Part shown: one piece after another, positions 8,912-12,540 of the stretch
Position numbering within the stretch: position 1 is the stretch's first letter
How the letters are laid out: the number at the start of each line of letters is the position of its first letter
Assembly: GCF_000143415.4 (NCBI RefSeq)
Contig: NW_003314563.1
Span: 1-12,540, forward strand
DNA from: Selaginella moellendorffii
Lineage: Eukaryota > Plantae > Lycopodiophyta
Length of the DNA: 12,540 nt
Direction: 5' to 3'
The notes under the pieces: model-generated
What the model saw: only the letters and a program-made list of their open reading frames with translations
What the model was told of the DNA's origin: nothing
Databases searched by the model: none
Position numbers and translations under genes: made by a program

Positions 8912-9072
8912 GAGAGGGCCGCGCGTACGCGAGCCCTCAACTTCCACAAATTACGACGTCCACTCCTCCACTTTGGGAAGATGGTAGGCCGGCCAAGCCG
9001 TAGTGCAATGGGAAAGCCGAACCTAGGCCATTGGCCTTCATGATCACCAATAAACCCCGTCCAGGTAAGTAT
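8912..9072 (-). ncRNA. U1: U1 spliceosomal snRNA (intact)
   Basis: The minus strand begins ATACTTACCTGGACGGGG. It has loop I GATCATGAAG (U1-70K site), loop II ATTGCAC (U1A site), Sm site AATTTGTGG and SL4 GAGGGC...GCGTACGC...GCCCTC. Length about 161 nt. Confidence 0.97.
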
Positions 9073-9095
9073 GGATCTCTTCCCCAGGCCCTATC

Positions 9096-9142
9096 TTATA
9101 TACTGCTCTTGTGCCTTCATTATGCGCCCCGGCATGTGGGAT
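9096..9142 (-). promoter_or_regulatory. Plant snRNA promoter: USE (ATCCCACATGC, 9142-9132) and TATA (TATATAA, 9102-9096)
   Basis: Matches the plant USE consensus RTCCCACATCG at -70..-60, with TATA at -30..-24 relative to U1 +1. Confidence 0.9.
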
Positions 9143-9328
9143 AGGGCAAAGAATCGGTGCAGCATATCCTTCGGTCAAACAGTCAAACGCTCTTGGGGAT
9201 CGCGGCCACCACTACGAATGGCTCCGCTGGAATCACTCCTCCGCCGGTGCCGCCTGGCTGCTGTCCGGACAATCTTACACGTGTCGCCACGAACAGTATG
9301 ATCTTCGGCGTCGCCAGCTCCAATTGAG

Positions 9329-9728
9329 TGTCACTATGCTCTTAATGGGCTATGGATTGCCCATTAACTTGATCCAACCGTTAGCAGCCATTGGATTGAG
9401 TCAGGTTCTCTGTGAGAACGTGGCTAACAACTGCCAAGTTCTAGAACCTAGCTGCCAGCTGCCAGGTTCTGGAGAACCAGGCTACCAACTGCCAACCTAG
9501 CTGCCAGCTGCCAGGTTCTGGAGAACCAGGCTACCAACTGCCAATTCTAGAGAACCCTCTCATCCTCGAATAATATTCTTCCACGTATCCGTTAACAGTC
9601 TTGTCACAGCCCGTTAAAGCCGTTCCCGGGCACGGGCTCGCTCGTTCCCGCCCAAAACAGGCAAGCCGGGCATTACCAAAATGCGCTCCCCAGGCTAACG
9701 CCTGGCTTGCCCATTCTAGGCGGGAACA
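9329..9728. mobile_element. Insertion absent from PPR copy 1; possible LTR or MITE remnant(s)
   Basis: TGTCAC at 9329 and 9602 and ...AACA at 9597 and 9728 give TG...CA-like ends. Internal palindromic repeats are present. No matching TSD was found. Confidence 0.35.
9445..9544. repeat. Perfect 49-bp tandem duplication containing a GGTTCT-gg-AGAACC palindrome
   Basis: aacctagctgccagctgccaggttctggagaaccaggctaccaactgcc at 9445 and 9494. Confidence 0.95.
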
Positions 9729-9840
9729 TGCTCACCCTACCCGGGAACTGCCTCATCCTTCTCCACCGATTGAAATCTTTGGGTGTGGCTCTGGCCAGGA
9801 TCAAGCAGGAGTGCTCCACACTCAGGTGAATGCCATAGTC

Positions 9841-9877
9841 CGAGGCCATGTTGCGGACGAGGCCATGTTGCGGACGA
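9841..9877. repeat. 17-bp tandem duplication within the PPR pseudogene
   Basis: cgaggccatgttgcgga occurs twice in tandem. Confidence 0.95.
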
Positions 9878-10188
9878 TCCCCGTGGAGTCTTCCAGGCAG
9901 AGTGCGACCGCCGAAAGTCCCGAGCAGTTCTCCAGTGGAGCGCCTGTCCCGATTTTGCTCGAGGGAGAGATGTGAAGACCTGCCGGGCATCCTCCAAATG
10001 CCTGTTGTTCACGTAGGCCTCAAAGATCGCTCGGTATGCCTCGTTCCTTGGGTGGCGAATGGCGTCAAACACTTGGCAGGCTTCCTCCACGCCACCCCAC
10101 TTTCCAAATGCCTGGATCGTCACGTTCTTGAGCTCGCGATTGTCTCGGGTGTGAGCTTGCGTGCAGATGATCTTGCATGGAGATGGCT

Positions 10189-10192
10189 AAAA
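10189..10192 (-). terminator. Probable Pol III terminator (T4) for tRNA-Lys
   Basis: First run of 4 or more T on the minus strand, about 35 nt downstream of the tRNA. Confidence 0.5.
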
Positions 10193-10226
10193 GACTTTAA
10201 ACACAAACAATGCATCGCCGTGCCAC

Positions 10227-10299
10227 CGCCGACCGTGGGGCTCGAACCCACGACCACAAGGTTAAGAGCCTTGCGCTCTACCAGCTGAGCTAGGCCGGC
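10227..10299 (-). tRNA. tRNA-Lys-CTT: tRNA-Lys(CTT), nuclear, intronless
   Basis: GCCGGCCTAGCTCAGCTGGTAGAGCGCAAGGCTCTTAACCTTGTGGTCGTGGGTTCGAGCCCCACGGTCGGCG forms a 73-nt cloverleaf with a 7-bp acceptor stem, anticodon CTT, A and B boxes, and no encoded CCA. Confidence 0.98.
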
Positions 10300-10332
10300 T
10301 TATATTAATGGTGAGATTATCTTGAAGCAAGT

Positions 10333-10950
10333 CTAGCTTTTCCCTGTGTAGAGCATGTATCCCAGGCCGTTGACCGTGAAGATGATCGTGACAATGATTG
10401 CAAAGAGGCTACACGGGAGCTTGATCCGCCGGAGGAATTTTTCGAGCTTGGCGATCCAGCGGATGATCGAAGCGAGGTATAGCGTCGTGATTCCGGTGCA
10501 GACGCTAACGATCACGTTGGCGGTGCCGTGTGGGCAGTGAAAAAGGACAGTAAGAATGCTGTAAATGAGAGGCCAGATCAGGGTCGTGATCCCGGCGAAG
10601 AAGAGGAAGAAGAGGCACTCGTTGATCCGGCGCTGATCCTCGCTGGGCTTCCGCTTGCGCTGGATGAGGAGAAAAACTGACCAAAATGTGCCGACTGTGG
10701 AGATGATCCCGGCCAGGAACAAGTGGAAGCATCGCCCTCTCTCCTCCCGCGTCGCGTCGGGCTTGATGAGTGAAATCCCCGTCTGGAAGCAAGTGGAGGC
10801 CACGAATGTGAAGGGCGTGATCATCGTCTTGGCCAGCGCCTTGGTGGGCATCATCTCCATTTCGCCGCGGTCATCGGATTCCTGCTGCTGATCCATTCCT
10901 TCAACAACTTGGTCATCTGCTTGGGGATCTCTCTGGGAGGCCGATTCCAT
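10333..10950 (-). CDS. Intronless ~205-aa membrane protein with 4-5 TM segments, PGG-domain-like, without ankyrin repeats
   Basis: Long open frame with an acidic N-terminus. MITPFTFVASTCFQTGISL resembles the PGG first helix (xxxATLIATVTFQAGL.PPGG) and is followed by hydrophobic segments. Confidence 0.7.
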   Translation of the reverse strand: MESASQRDPQADDQVVEGMDQQQESDDRGEMEMMPTKALAKTMITPFTFVASTCFQTGISLIKPDATREERGRCFHLFLAGIISTVGTFWSVFLLIQRKRKPSEDQRRINECLFFLFFAGITTLIWPLIYSILTVLFHCPHGTANVIVSVCTGITTLYLASIIRWIAKLEKFLRRIKLPCSLFAIIVTIIFTVNGLGYMLYTGKS

Positions 10951-11220
10951 GCCGATGAAATCAATCAATCGAATCGATCAATCCATCCAGAGTTACTGTG
11001 CCAAGTGGACTTTTGTTCTACGTGTTAAATTGTTGACAAAGTCTTCTTGACTACACTTCTTTGAAGAAGAATTTATCTTTGACCATTACGAGAATCACCT
11101 TTTACCTCGAAGTGAAACTTTTCGGATTGTCGCATTGCTGGTCGAAGGAATCCACCTTATATTAGAAGCTCGTCAGGCGGCACAATGAATCTTTTCTGTT
11201 CTCTGCAATTCAAAAAACGC

Positions 11221-11267
11221 GCGGGAAACCTAGTGTACGTTGCCACAATATCTCTGGGCCTAGGGTT
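11221..11267. promoter_or_regulatory. E2F site (TTTCCCGC, minus, 11221-11228), site II TGGGCC (11255-11260) and telo-box-like TAGGGTT (11261-11267)
   Basis: Consensus matches clustered about 80-125 bp upstream of the kinesin ATG. Confidence 0.5.
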
Positions 11268-11343
11268 CTTCATTATAGCTAGACGAAGAGCTCGCGATCG
11301 CGGTTTCGCGTGCTCTGGGGGTTTCGACTGATCCAGGGCGGCA

Positions 11344-12540
11344 ATGCAGCAGGGCGAGAAGATTTCGGTCGCGATCCGGGTGAGGCCGCCGATCAGGCAG
11401 GAGCTTGTGAGAGGCAGCCAATGGAAGCTTGGGGCTAGAACGATCGCACTGTACAATGCGCTCGGCGCACCTGTGCTGGGTCAATCCTACATGTTTGGTA
11501 AGTAGGGCATTGATTGTGATTGATCGTGTTCTCCGTTTCGATAGATCAAATATTTACCAAGGATGCGACCAATGCAAGCGTGTATGAGATCCATGCCAAG
11601 GATCTCGTTCTATCTGGGCTTCAAGGATTCAATGGTCTCTTTCGTTTTTCAGAGTTGTTTGGCTCTCATTGTTTTTTTTTTCCCTTTTCCTTATTTTTGT
11701 TGCTCCAGGAACAATTTTTGCTTATGGCCAAACCAGCAGTGGCAAAACCTATACAATGCGTGGGTCTGAGCGGGATCCTGGGCTTATCCATCGTGCTATA
11801 TGCGACGTTTTCAGCACCATTCAGAGTGTTTGTGTAATTAAATCTGTTCTCTGTGGAGCTTATTTGCTTCTTTGCAGATACTAGACAGGGAGTTCTTGAT
11901 TCGGGTTTCATACATGGAAATATACAAGGAAGAAATCAACGACTTGCTTGCTCCTGAAAATCGGAAGCTTCGGATACATGAAAACTCCGTCGTATGTATT
12001 TTGATTGATCCTGTTTGTGTTTTGGACTTTACTGAAAAGAGCTTCAGAGGGGGATTTTTGTGGCAGGATTACGCGAAGAGATTGTGAGCAGTCCAGATCA
12101 GGTCTTTGAGTTCCTCAAATTTGGAGAAGGTAAGCGTCAGATTGAAATGCCTAGAAATTATTGTTTGTTAACTTTCAGCTTACCGTCACTTCGGGAAAAC
12201 CAACATGAATGTTTACAGTAGTCGATCTCATACCATATTCCGCATGGTTAATATGTTTTTCCTCTGTCAAAGTCAAAGTTGATTCAGTCTTTGTTTGTAA
12301 CAGGTAATTGAAAGCAGGGACAAGAAAAACGATGGTCAAGACGATGCATTGGACGCAGTTCGCGTGTCAACTCTCGTAAGTTGCTTAAATTTCGTTTCTG
12401 GTAACCTGACAGTTTGTTTTCCGAAGAATATGGTAGATCTTGCAGGCTCGGAGCGCATCGCCAAAACTGGGGCTGGTGGTGTTCGTCTCAAAGAAGGGAC
12501 GCATATCAACAAATCCTTGATGACACTTGGAACCGTATCA
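11344..12540 (+). CDS. KIN7N: Kinesin-7 (CENP-E-like; KIN7N/ZCF125-like) motor domain, 3'-partial
   Basis: Exons 11344-11497, 11545-11634, 11709-11827, 11878-11991, 12048-12129, 12179-12246, 12304-12375 and 12427-end, all with GT-AG introns. Motifs: [12 protein letters not shown]-loop GQTSSGKT, switch I SSRSH, switch [28 protein letters not shown]. Confidence 0.93.

Larger units (their letters stand above)
9200..10185 (-). pseudogene. PLS-class PPR pseudogene, copy 2, interrupted by an insertion
   Basis: Fragments RDNRELKNVTIQAFGKWGGVEEACQVFDAI, HLEDARQVFTSLP and NMASDYGIHLSVEHSC. gccacgaac.gtat at 9286 matches 3627. Multiple frameshifts. Confidence 0.8.

Noticed and set aside
9400-9560. Palindromic repeats as a CRISPR-like array
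   Set aside because: The intervening sequences are repeated rather than unique spacers, the context is eukaryotic and no cas genes are present.
10193-10226. tRNA-snoRNA dicistron
   Set aside because: Only about 35 nt precede the T4 terminator, with no C/D or H/ACA boxes.

Overview
This is eukaryotic land-plant nuclear DNA. Introns are very short (about 45-75 nt), genes are densely packed, and PLS-type PPR remnants are present; together these suggest a compact-genome lycophyte such as Selaginella (inference). The window is a tandemly amplified, partly decayed gene neighbourhood. The right half holds the intact elements: a U1 snRNA gene with USE and TATA promoter (minus), tRNA-Lys(CTT) (minus), an intronless PGG-like multi-TM gene (minus), the first 8 exons of a kinesin-7 (KIN7N/ZCF125-like) gene running off the right edge, and two ~70-aa micro-proteins sharing CFGW and a C-terminal I(V/I)VP(H/Y)F...L motif. 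Several of these elements recur elsewhere in the window as relics eroded by many 5-20 bp deletions: a tRNA-kinesin fusion relic, a U1 pseudogene, three more micro-protein copies, two PPR pseudogenes and two AAR3/DCN1-like pseudogene copies. An intron-containing pseudogene with a PD-(D/E)XK/QxxxY restriction-endonuclease-like motif order also lies here. All alignments were made by eye; no database searches were run.
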